IMG/VR virus record: IMGVR_UViG_3300027804_000039
Coordinates: 64,001 to 128,000 of that record
Source of the DNA: a virus
Length of the DNA stretch: 64,000 nucleotides
Direction: 5' to 3' (one strand)
Of this stretch, positions 54,782 to 63,688 are shown piece by piece. The notes under the pieces were generated by a model. That model was not told the DNA's origin. It searched no databases and saw only the letters and a list, made by a program, of their open reading frames with translations. Position 1 is the first letter of the stretch; each line of letters opens with the position of its first letter. The translations under genes were made by a program, and so were the position numbers.

Positions 54782-55245
54782 TTATGTTCCTTTGTAAGTT
54801 CACAGATCATAAGAAACTTTTCAAAGCTCTTACGAACTGTAGGGTTAGACAACAATTTATCTGCTTCTTCCATCATGGCTTTTACACCTGCTTCAGCAGC
54901 TTCCCTGTATGAGCAGTATTCTAGTGCATAGACTTCCTTGCCCATGGCCTTGCTAAAGTTTTCCCAAGCCAATCGCTGTTCGTCTGTTAGCTGTTTACGG
55001 TCACGCTCTGGAACACGAAGCTTACTGGTTTCCATGATGTGTTTACTAATCGCATCTTCAGCGACATGTCCTGCGGCTATAAGAGCCGCATAGTTCGGAT
55101 CAATATTGAACTTACGGCTTGAAACCCCAGGTCGTACAATAACCAAATGAGCACCACCAGGGAAGCTATCCAAATACTCGTTATCATATTCCGCGATAGG
55201 AACATAACGGCGTCCTTTTTTCTCGTAGAAGATTTTTTTAGTCAT
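54778..55245 (-). CDS. Hypothetical protein
   Basis: FYEKKGRRYVPI..YD..YLD; ATGA coupling. Confidence 0.6.
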   Translation of the reverse strand: MTKKIFYEKKGRRYVPIAEYDNEYLDSFPGGAHLVIVRPGVSSRKFNIDPNYAALIAAGHVAEDAISKHIMETSKLRVPERDRKQLTDEQRLAWENFSKAMGKEVYALEYCSYREAAEAGVKAMMEEADKLLSNPTVRKSFEKFLMICELTKEHK

Positions 55246-55275
55246 AGCGTATTATAACATCGTAATGAAAGAACG

Positions 55276-55650
55276 TCAACCAGTGTACCAACCTCTCAAT
55301 ACATATTCTGTCCATCTTTTGGGCGTTATATGTGCTGTAATCATAACTTGGTAACCATACGAAATTGGATCGGCATTGATATGATATTGGGGATCGCGTC
55401 CATTTGCCATTACCCATTTTCCATGATCTGTTTGTTGCCATTCGTAAATTGGGTGGGCCATGTATATCTCTGGATCTTCTACATCGCCCAAAACAAATTT
55501 GTGGACAACCCTACGTTCGTACACATGATCATCATATACTTGGTACTTCTGGGTTTTCTTTTCAGAGTCCATTCCTACCTGTTTACTGACCTGTTTACGC
55601 AACTCTTCATTTAAATTAGGCCAACCTTTGCCCATGTTCGCTATCGCCAT
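55276..55650 (-). CDS. Hypothetical protein (divergent member of the 55-60 kb paralogue family)
   Basis: DVEDPEIY..PIYEWQQT..GKWVM; C-terminal TEYVLRGW. Confidence 0.55.
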   Translation of the reverse strand: MAIANMGKGWPNLNEELRKQVSKQVGMDSEKKTQKYQVYDDHVYERRVVHKFVLGDVEDPEIYMAHPIYEWQQTDHGKWVMANGRDPQYHINADPISYGYQVMITAHITPKRWTEYVLRGWYTG

Positions 55651-56137
55651 TAAAGATTTCCTCTAGCCAGGGTTTACATTTTTCCCAGCTTCTATATTCG
55701 TGTGCTAGTCCGCCAGCACTACGCCATTCGCTACAGTTACTATGTCTATCATCAATTAGGATGTCGCCGGGTTGGCAATGTCTCCACTTGTCATGACTAA
55801 ACGGGCCTATGAATACTGGAATGCCTGGAAAATATTGATTAGCCCACCAAACTTTATCATTTGCCGCATATGGCATTGAATAGTCGTGTGGGAGTGCTGT
55901 AAGGAAGAACAACTCTTCAGCTTTACTTTCTGCAACTAATTCTCGACAGTAGTGTACTAGTTCCATTGCGCCGGGCTTTAAAGGTAGATTCAAATAAAAC
56001 CTGCTCCAGTTCTTTATCTTATTCCATTCGTCTTGCGGAATTCGTTCGCCGTACTGGTCCCAACGTCTCTTTAAAAAGACTTGTGCTGCTTCGTGCCAAT
56101 CAGCAACAACGTCATCCATGTCTAAATATATCTTCAT
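55616..56137 (-). CDS. 5'(3')-deoxyribonucleotidase (NT5C, HAD)
   Basis: IYLDMDDVVADW, FLTA, K..W, ILIDDR..N..W..AGG. Confidence 0.85.
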   Translation of the reverse strand: MKIYLDMDDVVADWHEAAQVFLKRRWDQYGERIPQDEWNKIKNWSRFYLNLPLKPGAMELVHYCRELVAESKAEELFFLTALPHDYSMPYAANDKVWWANQYFPGIPVFIGPFSHDKWRHCQPGDILIDDRHSNCSEWRSAGGLAHEYRSWEKCKPWLEEIFNGDSEHGQRLA

Positions 56138-56400
56138 TTTGTTTCCGTTATCAAATCAAATGCCGTAGCATATTGCACTTCTGGTTCCATATGAAACCCT
56201 GTGCCCCACACTAACCATACCTTGCGTTTATATAATTTTTTCCACCAGACCATCTTTCCAGTTATGGTTTTAACTGGTAACCATGCAAAAGTTTCCATCC
56301 AAGGATAACAATCGCATCCATCAGTAATGATTTGTGTAACTTCCATTGGTTTCCATTCGTATCCCGGTGGCGCAGGTATTTTAAAATCTCTCATTGCCAA
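56134..56400 (-). CDS. Hypothetical protein
   Basis: W..TFAWLPVKT..G..VW. Confidence 0.55.
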   Translation of the reverse strand: MAMRDFKIPAPPGYEWKPMEVTQIITDGCDCYPWMETFAWLPVKTITGKMVWWKKLYKRKVWLVWGTGFHMEPEVQYATAFDLITETK

Positions 56401-56660
56401 TACTTAATTTGAAATAACATAAACTTCTTAGGATCCTTCACAGTATATTCAGCAGTATAGTTTCCTGTACCATCTAATGCCATAGCAAATCCATATTTTT
56501 GTTCTGCCCAAAAATGTACAGTAGGCCTAGCAGTTAAGTCGTACACACCTTTATGTTCATTTAAATATTCCTGACGCATTCTGCGAATAGCATCAAAGTA
56601 TCTATCACGTTCTGCTTTGTCCTGCATGTGCCACGCCTTATTTTCGTATAACATTCCCAT
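56391..56660 (-). CDS. Small paralogue-family protein
   Basis: C-terminal DPKKFMLFQIKYW. Confidence 0.6.
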   Translation of the reverse strand: MGMLYENKAWHMQDKAERDRYFDAIRRMRQEYLNEHKGVYDLTARPTVHFWAEQKYGFAMALDGTGNYTAEYTVKDPKKFMLFQIKYWQ

Positions 56661-56896
56661 TAAGCATCACTCCACCTTAAAGTAAACATCATGGCATCTT
56701 TAGATGATTTGAAATAGTAAACATTTTCGGTATCTGTCCAACCGTACCGCCACCTGTATTTTTTACTGCGGCCGCCTGGACCAAAATGTTTAGTACACCA
56801 GTCTCGTAGTTCGCAATGTTCGTCATCTATCCTTGCAGGACTAAATCTGACCACGTGCTTATATTTGCTTTTACGTTCTTGAGTAATCATGACCAT
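56660..56896 (-). CDS. Small paralogue-family protein
   Basis: ELRDWC..HFG; C-terminal YFKSSKDAMMFTLRWS. Confidence 0.65.
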   Translation of the reverse strand: MVMITQERKSKYKHVVRFSPARIDDEHCELRDWCTKHFGPGGRSKKYRWRYGWTDTENVYYFKSSKDAMMFTLRWSDA

Positions 56897-57126
56897 TTTA
56901 ATACAAACATGTTATGATATTTTTCGTCGTCCCACCGCAAGTACCAGCCTTGTGTACTAGTTTTAATTAGTTTACCGTGAGGCTTGAGCTCATAATTAGC
57001 GACTGTGATAGTTTTCCAATCATGTTCAATAGCCCGGTCCCGACAGGCAGACCAAAAATTATCAAAATATTTAGGCCAAGGTGCTTGCCATTGTCCAGGT
57101 AGTTCAACACGAAACTTATCAGACAT
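56887..57126 (-). CDS. Small paralogue-family protein
   Basis: C-terminal WDDEKYHNMFVLKWS; start probably MSDKF at 57126. Confidence 0.6.
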   Translation of the reverse strand: MSDKFRVELPGQWQAPWPKYFDNFWSACRDRAIEHDWKTITVANYELKPHGKLIKTSTQGWYLRWDDEKYHNMFVLKWS

Positions 57127-57344
57127 TAAGACCACCTCATTACAAACCACATGGCTTTCTTTTCGTCGTTAAAGTTTAAAGTTGTATCTCCTGTATGAGA
57201 TATAACATCATATTCCTGTTCAAGCCAATCATAAATGTTGTCAATGTTCTTTTCCCATTTTACATTATCGTAAAAATGGTCAACTAACTTATCCCAATAA
57301 GGCTTCTTATCGACTATCAAGAGCGCCACCTGATAATAAACCAA
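57126..57344 (-). CDS. Small paralogue-family protein
   Basis: C-terminal FNDEKKAMWFVMRWS. Confidence 0.6.
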   Translation of the reverse strand: MVYYQVALLIVDKKPYWDKLVDHFYDNVKWEKNIDNIYDWLEQEYDVISHTGDTTLNFNDEKKAMWFVMRWS

Positions 57345-57730
57345 TCACGATCCTTTTCTTCACGGAACCAAAACTTACGATTGTTGGCATACCAGCGTTG
57401 TAAGGGCTCCGGTGTTAGGTTTTTCGTTTCATTCCAAATGTTTCCTGTGCTACCAAACACGTCATAACACCACGCTTCCATTTCTAACCAGTGACCGCCT
57501 ACGGGCTCAACACAATAATATCTAGCACCATAAACAGTTCCTTCAGATAGTACTAGATCCTCTATAGGCTGTCTGTTCAAATCGTCCATCAATCTTTTTA
57601 TAGCCGCATTAGTCCAATGGCTCTTACCAGCGTTGCGTCCGGTTATCTGCACAATGCCGCGGCCTTTGTATTTCGTAATAGTATCTAAGGCACGTTGTTG
57701 CCACGGTTCTAATTCTGCTGATTCACTCAT
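57317..57730 (-). CDS. Paralogue-family protein with N-terminal extension
   Basis: MSESAE...; C-terminal FWFREEKDRDWFIIRWRS. Confidence 0.6.
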   Translation of the reverse strand: MSESAELEPWQQRALDTITKYKGRGIVQITGRNAGKSHWTNAAIKRLMDDLNRQPIEDLVLSEGTVYGARYYCVEPVGGHWLEMEAWCYDVFGSTGNIWNETKNLTPEPLQRWYANNRKFWFREEKDRDWFIIRWRS

Positions 57731-58020
57731 CCTAACCACCTTAATTTAAACCACATGGCATCATCATCATTTTCAAATAAAAAATCATTTCTGCTTCTTT
57801 GATAGCCGCCTTTGGTATTTTTATCAACCCAAGTGTGTATTTCTTTTAATGTGTCCATAGTCACAGGCCATGGTAACATCACACGACTCCATCCAATCTC
57901 TTGCAACATTCCCCACAGCACTTCCCTGTCTATTTCCTGCATGAGCATTTTTGATTGCTCTTCTTGGATACGTTCGACTAAGTCGCCTGATCGGTCAGTT
58001 AATAATTTCTTTTTGAGCAT
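57727..58020 (-). CDS. Small paralogue-family protein
   Basis: C-terminal FLFENDDDAMWFKLRWLG. Confidence 0.65.
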   Translation of the reverse strand: MLKKKLLTDRSGDLVERIQEEQSKMLMQEIDREVLWGMLQEIGWSRVMLPWPVTMDTLKEIHTWVDKNTKGGYQRSRNDFLFENDDDAMWFKLRWLG

Positions 58021-58021
58021 G

Positions 58022-58303
58022 TTAAGGTTTAATGTTTAGTTTACCAAAAAGAGTTTTAACTTCATCGCTAAAGTCTTCTTCCAGCTTTAATTCTTCCTTC
58101 TTAGGAATGCTGTCACTCCAACGAAGAATAAACCATTCGCGATGTGCTTCCTTTTTAAAACTCCATAGTCGTTCAGTCATGCTCATACCAACACCTTCGG
58201 CTTGTGCCCAAGCAATCATTTCTTCGTTTAGCTCAGGAGGAAGCTCACCTTTATCAAAAGCGATCCCCGGCAAGCGAAATGGTCCTACTTCACAATTTTC
58301 CAT
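58022..58303 (-). CDS. Small paralogue-family protein
   Basis: WSFKKEAHREWFILRWS. Confidence 0.6.
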   Translation of the reverse strand: MENCEVGPFRLPGIAFDKGELPPELNEEMIAWAQAEGVGMSMTERLWSFKKEAHREWFILRWSDSIPKKEELKLEEDFSDEVKTLFGKLNIKP

Positions 58304-58577
58304 CGTGTCCTCCTATTACTTCACTAAACTTCATCAAAAACATTGTACGCTTGTTCTGGCTAAAAAAATCTAAATGTATTTCAAATCTATAAAAGCCAGC
58401 TGTGTATTCGTCGCCTTTGATTTCCTCTTCACCTATCCATCGTTTGTGTTCACGCACAGTGAATCCTAACACCTTTTTCATTTTATCTCTAATCATGAAT
58501 ACAGTCTTAGGATGCTCCTCCTGTAATTGTTTGCGTATTCGCTTCCACTGATCAACGGTCAGTATTACGGGTCGCAT
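58290..58577 (-). CDS. Small paralogue-family protein
   Basis: LDFFSQNKRTMFLMKFS. Confidence 0.6.
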   Translation of the reverse strand: MRPVILTVDQWKRIRKQLQEEHPKTVFMIRDKMKKVLGFTVREHKRWIGEEEIKGDEYTAGFYRFEIHLDFFSQNKRTMFLMKFSEVIGGHDGKL

Positions 58578-58974
58578 TGGCTAACTCTTTGTATCCGGCC
58601 CAGCTAGGATGGATTGCATCCTTTTGTAGCCTGTTGGTTGAAATGATTGTGTCACCGCGACTGTTGGCAATAATTTTTACAACATCGTTGACATCAGGTT
58701 TGCAAAACTTATCATTGCAAGGAGGCAAGATCCAGTAGACATGTTGTGCTGTTACGTTGGCTCGCATACGAGACAGCTCTTTGAATGTGTGTACACCTTT
58801 ATGGTCGTTTGTGCCAAGACTGATAATGACAGCAGGCGCGGCTAATACTTTGTTGTCGTACTTTTTATTCCACTGCCAAGTATTTAGGCCGCCTGTGCTG
58901 TAACTCACACATTCAGGACGTTGTTGTGCTACTCCTACGGCAATACTATCGCCTAAGATTAAACATTCTAACAT
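58552..58974 (-). CDS. SGNH/GDSL hydrolase
   Basis: ILGDSIA (block I), SLGTND (block III), DAIHP (block V). Confidence 0.85.
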   Translation of the reverse strand: MLECLILGDSIAVGVAQQRPECVSYSTGGLNTWQWNKKYDNKVLAAPAVIISLGTNDHKGVHTFKELSRMRANVTAQHVYWILPPCNDKFCKPDVNDVVKIIANSRGDTIISTNRLQKDAIHPSWAGYKELANATRNTDR

Positions 58975-59276
58975 TAATGTTCTCCTAATTCTTCACTGTA
59001 TTTGTAATAACGGCCTGCTTCGTAATTCCAATGACGGTTGTCATATAGATTAAAATGTAGACAATATCCAAGAAAGCCTAGATCAATGTCCAAGCCTGCA
59101 TGACTTTGCCTAATGGTCCAACTAAAGTTAAAAGACAAAAATGAGCTGTCTCGATACACTTCTAGTTCAGCGTATTTGTTTGTGTAAACATACCACATCT
59201 TGTTCCACAAGTTCTTAAACTGTTGGCTGTAAGGGTTGCGAATATTAAAACTAAAACTAATCATACAACACTCCAA
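58974..59276 (-). CDS. Hypothetical protein
   Basis: Aromatic-rich; DNRHW. Confidence 0.55.
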   Translation of the reverse strand: MECCMISFSFNIRNPYSQQFKNLWNKMWYVYTNKYAELEVYRDSSFLSFNFSWTIRQSHAGLDIDLGFLGYCLHFNLYDNRHWNYEAGRYYKYSEELGEH

Positions 59277-59629
59277 ACAATAAACAGATAAGTTAGGTTA
59301 TGGGCCAACTGATCAGCGCCTAGCCATTGCCAAAACTTTGGATTCTCTACAGTATAATTGTTTTGTTTATTGATATTAATCTTAGCCCAGTCAATGTGAT
59401 AATGTACGACAAAGTCAATAGCACCCAACAATAGGCTCATTTCAAGGTTTAAATTTGTTACAATAAACAAAATTAAAAAGGTTGCAACACCGTGTTTAAG
59501 ACTGTGCTTGACTCCACGCCAGTCTAGGTATGTGCCTTTCCAAGCCACTTCTTCATTGCTTTGATTGACAAAGTCAACATACCAATGCTTGATGAACAAC
59601 AGGGCAAGTATGATAAATGCAAAGTCCAT
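59261..59629 (-). CDS. DUF3307-like membrane protein
   Basis: KHWYVDF..Q, HSLKHG, HYHIDWAK, GADQLAH. Confidence 0.75.
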   Translation of the reverse strand: MDFAFIILALLFIKHWYVDFVNQSNEEVAWKGTYLDWRGVKHSLKHGVATFLILFIVTNLNLEMSLLLGAIDFVVHYHIDWAKININKQNNYTVENPKFWQWLGADQLAHNLTYLFIVWSVV

Positions 59630-59808
59630 TATTTGTTTCCTTTTTGGTGCAGGTATTCTCGTTTGAGCCAGTATTTGTATTTTCTAAAGTATTCTGCAAG
59701 ATCTGATTCTGGAATAGGCATGTGCAAGTCCGAGTATTCGTCCTTGTGTTGCATCCATATTTCCTGCAACCAATTTCTAAAGCCAGTTACTTTGTAAGAC
59801 TTTCCCAT
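59629..59808 (-). CDS. Small hypothetical protein
   Basis: MGKSY...FRNWLQEIW; AAGGA SD before ATG 59808. Confidence 0.55.
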   Translation of the reverse strand: MGKSYKVTGFRNWLQEIWMQHKDEYSDLHMPIPESDLAEYFRKYKYWLKREYLHQKGNK

Positions 59809-60023
59809 GTCAGTTCCTTTCCTTGAACATGTGCTACACATTTTACATATCCCGATGCTACGGCTGTGTTGACAGCATCTCTAAGGTAGCCGGGGCATTC
59901 TGGCAAGATATGAATCATTGCTCGCGGATACAATATCAGTCCGTCACTGAGCATGAAGTTGGGCTCGTCTTGACGGATTGTTCGAATATCGTGTTTAGAT
60001 TGAAAATCTGAAACTGTAAACAT
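59787..60023 (-). CDS. Small hypothetical protein
   Basis: AAGGT SD; overlaps the next gene. Confidence 0.55.
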   Translation of the reverse strand: MFTVSDFQSKHDIRTIRQDEPNFMLSDGLILYPRAMIHILPECPGYLRDAVNTAVASGYVKCVAHVQGKELTWESLTK

Positions 60024-60062
60024 GAACTACCTTACCATATAGTATTAGATAGTCACATTATA

Positions 60063-60410
60063 TTAGTTTCTGTTATCTTTGTCAACTGACTCGAGTATGA
60101 TGTCGGCCCAGCGCAGGCCAAATAGTGTGCAATGTTTTGGACTTCGGATATTTACAGTCCACCATTTATCGTATTTTCCGCCTTCGTGTACAAACCAATC
60201 GCGGTATTTTTCGCCCATATATTCAGAGCACCATTGGTAAAGTTGTTCACGAACAGCATGATCTTTTCGAACGCGATAGTAGGAAAAGTTACTAAGGTAT
60301 TCGTGAACTATGCGAGCAAAGTCTGGATCAACTTCACCAGGTAACTTTACCGTACCTTCATTATGGGCTGGCTTGTACTTGTCCAGATTCTGCATCGTCG
60401 TTTTCCACAA
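60063..60410 (-). CDS. Paralogue-family protein
   Basis: LYQWCSEYMG; VNIRSPKHCTLFGLRWA. Confidence 0.6.
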   Translation of the reverse strand: MWKTTMQNLDKYKPAHNEGTVKLPGEVDPDFARIVHEYLSNFSYYRVRKDHAVREQLYQWCSEYMGEKYRDWFVHEGGKYDKWWTVNIRSPKHCTLFGLRWADIILESVDKDNRN

Positions 60411-60753
60411 ACTTCTCTAAGATATCAAAGTTTGCTTCTGCTCGCTGTATTGCTTCCCAGGCCTTTTGTAGTGCTGGGTTGTTCTTGATAAGTCGTTCGC
60501 GTTTGAATTGACGCTCGCGTTCTTGTCTAGCCCAATCCAACAATGACTCGGCTTCAAAGTTAAGTCCTACGCTGGCATAACCCATTTGTAACTGTTGCCA
60601 GTTGTTGCCGTCAAACACTTCCATATTTTGATTGCTGGTGTTAAAACGCAAGTTGCCCACACCCTGAGCACCTGAATAGTTATTCACATAGTTTGAGACA
60701 CTGCCACCTTGCACCTGCATATATTTGCCTTGTGGGTTGATACCTTTAATCAT
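60361..60753 (-). CDS. Conserved hypothetical phage protein
   Basis: GNLRFN...MEVFDGNNW; LLDWAR; NPAL..AWE. Confidence 0.6.
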   Translation of the reverse strand: MIKGINPQGKYMQVQGGSVSNYVNNYSGAQGVGNLRFNTSNQNMEVFDGNNWQQLQMGYASVGLNFEAESLLDWARQERERQFKRERLIKNNPALQKAWEAIQRAEANFDILEKFVENDDAESGQVQASP

Positions 60754-60842
60754 TGTCGCTCCTAAAGCATTTTACCATTAGGGCTACAAATAGGGCTATT
60801 AAAAACAGTCCGCCCAAGACTACATCTAGTTCTATATCCATA

Positions 60843-61202
60843 TTATCTCCTGGCCAGCTCTAACAGCATTTGGTATTTGCGCCATGCCGTTTCTACTGCT
60901 GGGTTATTTTTGCGTACAACTTCATCTTGTACCTGTTGATTGACTACACTGGTTGCATAGTCGTGATGACGCGACATTTCGGTATAATACCTATCACGTT
61001 CTACTAACTCTTGGAATCTATGTTTGGGTATGTACATCTCTACATAGGGCTCACGTTCCACAAATGAGTGGTATTCGTGATAGTCTATGGCAGAGTGGTG
61101 GTAGTCACGAACACTCATAGGTTTATAGCGGGCATATTGTCTGCGTTCACTCAGGCCCGCTTGTGCTTCGTATTTTTTAAGAAAATTATCTACATCAACC
61201 AT
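60843..61202 (-). CDS. Hypothetical protein
   Basis: NPAVETAWRKYQMLLEL C-terminus, similar to the motif in 60361-60753. Confidence 0.6.
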   Translation of the reverse strand: MVDVDNFLKKYEAQAGLSERRQYARYKPMSVRDYHHSAIDYHEYHSFVEREPYVEMYIPKHRFQELVERDRYYTEMSRHHDYATSVVNQQVQDEVVRKNNPAVETAWRKYQMLLELARR

Positions 61203-61443
61203 TCTTTAACATAAACCACGTCATATCAGTTGCTTCAAGCCTTACAACATCCTCTGGGTATTTGTTGTAATCTGATCTGGCTTTGGGCAAGCTCAAGACT
61301 TTGACCATTTTAGGGTTCAGCTTGGTAATCTTGCCCACGTAGAGTGCATTGCTCTGTGGAAAGGCCACAAAGTCGCCTATGGCTATCGTTCTGCCCAGCT
61401 TGTCCTTGTGCTCGGGTATTTCCTTGGTCACTTGCCACTCCAT
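61195..61443 (-). CDS. Small KOW/SH3-like hypothetical protein
   Basis: DKLGRTIAIGDFVAF...GKITKL..KMVKV. Confidence 0.55.
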   Translation of the reverse strand: MEWQVTKEIPEHKDKLGRTIAIGDFVAFPQSNALYVGKITKLNPKMVKVLSLPKARSDYNKYPEDVVRLEATDMTWFMLKNG

Positions 61444-61895
61444 TCAACTAGTGTAACAGAACCTCCGCAACGTTCAACCTTATTGGCAAACTGCTCAATC
61501 ATGGGTAGGATACGTTCGGGGTCGCCGCCAGCCAAGCCCATGCCAATCAAGGGTAGGCCAATGCGCCACTTACCAACACGCAGGGCAATCTTATCCAGGA
61601 CCCGTTGGAATGCTGTGTACTCAAACACGTCATCCTTAGGGCCTGTGGATGTTCTGAACTGTGTGTAGCAGTTGAGGATAACCAAGCGTCCATGCATGCC
61701 TACAGTATAGGTACCCAGCTTGCCAGGGTCACCCCTTACTGTTTCGTCGTCGGCCAGCTTGGCGTCGGGAAACTGTTCGGCTATTTGTAGTGCAACGCCC
61801 GCACCCATAATGCCAAAGCAATTACAGCCGTGCATGATAATATCAAATTCATTCTCCTTGCCCATCTTCAGCAAGTCACCTTTAACTGTTTTCAT
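61428..61895 (-). CDS. Macro domain protein (ADP-ribose binding/hydrolase)
   Basis: VKGDLL, HGCNCFGIMGAGVA, LPLIGMGLAGG. Confidence 0.9.
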   Translation of the reverse strand: MKTVKGDLLKMGKENEFDIIMHGCNCFGIMGAGVALQIAEQFPDAKLADDETVRGDPGKLGTYTVGMHGRLVILNCYTQFRTSTGPKDDVFEYTAFQRVLDKIALRVGKWRIGLPLIGMGLAGGDPERILPMIEQFANKVERCGGSVTLVEWSGK

Positions 61896-62131
61896 TCAGA
61901 TTCTCCAATTGTGAATAGTGTTTGGTCATACAGTTCCAACAAATCAATGTCAGACAATCCAGCAACTTCCTGTTGGGAAAGCTGGAACCTAGCTAGAAGT
62001 TCATCCTCGTCAAAGGCAAATAGAATCAGCTCGGTCATCATTTCACGCAAGGTCATACATGATTCTCCATTTAGTGGCAGTAAATTTATACATTCCAAAA
62101 CGCTTGCCGCTGGGAAATCTTTTACCATCAA
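61892..62131 (-). CDS. Small hypothetical protein (start uncertain)
   Basis: Acidic; ATGA coupling to the macro domain gene. Confidence 0.45.
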   Translation of the reverse strand: MMVKDFPAASVLECINLLPLNGESCMTLREMMTELILFAFDEDELLARFQLSQQEVAGLSDIDLLELYDQTLFTIGESE

Positions 62132-62155
62132 ACAAATAATACAATAATTTAGGTT

Positions 62156-62347
62156 TCATTCTTCAACTCCAAAATGTTCTCTAATTTCCTCGTAAATGTC
62201 CAATGCCTCGTGATCAGCAGCAACATTAGCACATTCCCGAACAATCAACTCAGCATACTTTTCCATAAACCTAGTTTGTCCTGCCCAACTAGGATCAGAT
62301 TCCAATTTACTTGCTTGGTCCCACAAATCTTTATATCGCTGGTTCAT
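62156..62347 (-). CDS. Small hypothetical protein
   Basis: FMEKYAELIVRECANVA...IREHFGVEE, a common phage small-ORF pattern. Confidence 0.6.
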   Translation of the reverse strand: MNQRYKDLWDQASKLESDPSWAGQTRFMEKYAELIVRECANVAADHEALDIYEEIREHFGVEE

Positions 62348-62706
62348 ACCTGCTCCACATGCTTACATTTACCACGGAATGTATAGCCTGGGCAAGTACA
62401 GGACCGGTCCCGGGTGTTAACCAAGTAAACAACTCCCTCTTTGGACCCCGCTACTTCAACGACATCAGACTCCCGGGGTTCGATTAAATTCATAAACAGC
62501 CCACCCAGACTTTCTTCAAAAGGCCTAGCATCTACCCGCTGAAACTTGCGTCCACTACGCGAAATGCTGATAGGAGCCCGAAACCAAAAAGGATCCCGAG
62601 TGCCGTGGCGAATATAAGCCAGCATACGATCACCTTCCAAGTAATAAGTGTGATTACAACCCTTGACATCTGCCCATTGAGTTGTTTCAAGATATGCTTC
62701 AGCCAT
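62344..62706 (-). CDS. SWIM zinc finger protein
   Basis: CTCPGYTFRGKCKHV; start MAEAY at 62706 after CAGGAG. Confidence 0.75.
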   Translation of the reverse strand: MAEAYLETTQWADVKGCNHTYYLEGDRMLAYIRHGTRDPFWFRAPISISRSGRKFQRVDARPFEESLGGLFMNLIEPRESDVVEVAGSKEGVVYLVNTRDRSCTCPGYTFRGKCKHVEQV

Positions 62707-62732
62707 AGCGACTCCTGTCAGCGAATGTGTGT

Positions 62733-62761
62733 ATTGTAACACAGACAACAGGGTTAGTCAA
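62733..62761 (-). promoter_or_regulatory. sigma70-type promoter heading the early gene block
   Basis: TTGACT-17 nt-TACAAT, TG-containing spacer end. Confidence 0.7.
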
Positions 62762-62776
62762 CGCCGCTTGGGCTAG

Positions 62777-63688
62777 TTATTTGATTGGTTGTACTTGATT
62801 GCTTAATTGGACTGAGGCTATAGTTTGCAACCATGCATCTTGCCCACCCTGAGCCCAAACTTGCTCTGGACCAAAGAATGTAGTATCAACAATGGCCAGG
62901 CCGGCACCATCTTGTGTTTTGAAAGCTACCTTTTGGGCAGCACCAGCAAAATGCCAGGACTGTGACCCACGTGATAAAGCTACGCTGGAACACAGTACAT
63001 TACCTAGGCGGTTATTTTTAGTAAACGAGTCTGCACCGCGAACTGAATAGCCCACAGATTTAAAATACCTAGCCCAATCATTACCACCAACAGCACTGGC
63101 CAATTGGGTAATGTCGTCCCATTTTTCGCCCTGTCCACCTTCTGGACGATACCAAAGTGTAATGGTTGCGCCTCGGTATTCCCAACTATTGGCCAGTCGC
63201 ATGTCACGTCCTAGTCCTTGTTGTATGCGATCAATTTCCGTGGTTGAACCGCCTCTAGACAAGCCTGGATCTGCTTGAACAGGCACTACATCAATCTTTT
63301 TATAAGTGCCGCGCTTCATACCATGCTGATCTGTGTTATAGCGATCAAACCACCCAGGCTGTAGCATAGGGCTGTCTTTGGTCAATTGATAGCCTGTTTC
63401 CTTTCTGAACACCATGCCCTTATACACATACAGGTCGTTGGGATTGCCTGGATGTGGAGTTGCTCCAGGAGGCATTTCACCGGGCGGCATTCTATTGCTT
63501 TTGGTCATAGAATAGTCGCCAGGACCGGGGGTATACTGGTCAATGCCCGGAATACGTCCTGTTGGAGTGTCTTGACTCATAAGTGCTTCGGATAAACTGA
63601 CTGCACGAACACAATCATAACCGGGCTGTACTAGCCCTGCTTCTAAATAAGTTAATTGATCAATAAGTTGTCTTAGGTTCTGTTCCAT
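62777..63688 (-). CDS. Hypothetical late protein
   Basis: TAAATA at 63709-63714, AGGA SD, start MEQNLRQ at 63688. Confidence 0.6.
   Translation of the reverse strand: MEQNLRQLIDQLTYLEAGLVQPGYDCVRAVSLSEALMSQDTPTGRIPGIDQYTPGPGDYSMTKSNRMPPGEMPPGATPHPGNPNDLYVYKGMVFRKETGYQLTKDSPMLQPGWFDRYNTDQHGMKRGTYKKIDVVPVQADPGLSRGGSTTEIDRIQQGLGRDMRLANSWEYRGATITLWYRPEGGQGEKWDDITQLASAVGGNDWARYFKSVGYSVRGADSFTKNNRLGNVLCSSVALSRGSQSWHFAGAAQKVAFKTQDGAGLAIVDTTFFGPEQVWAQGGQDAWLQTIASVQLSNQVQPIK

Noticed and set aside
61100-62000. Locally higher GC (37/60 at 61501-61560 versus 20/60 at 21301-21360) suggesting a recent insertion
   Set aside because: These are spot counts only; there are no flanking repeats, integrase or transposase, and gene coupling continues across the region.
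1896-63595. Numerous plus-strand ORFs in the ORF track antisense to real genes (for example 2427-2900, 3261-3572, 12227-12565, 58032-58373)
   Set aside because: They are shadow ORFs of long minus-strand genes, with no SD and no recognisable motifs; the V/P/L-rich ones mirror the Asn/Gly/Thr codons of the autotransporter.
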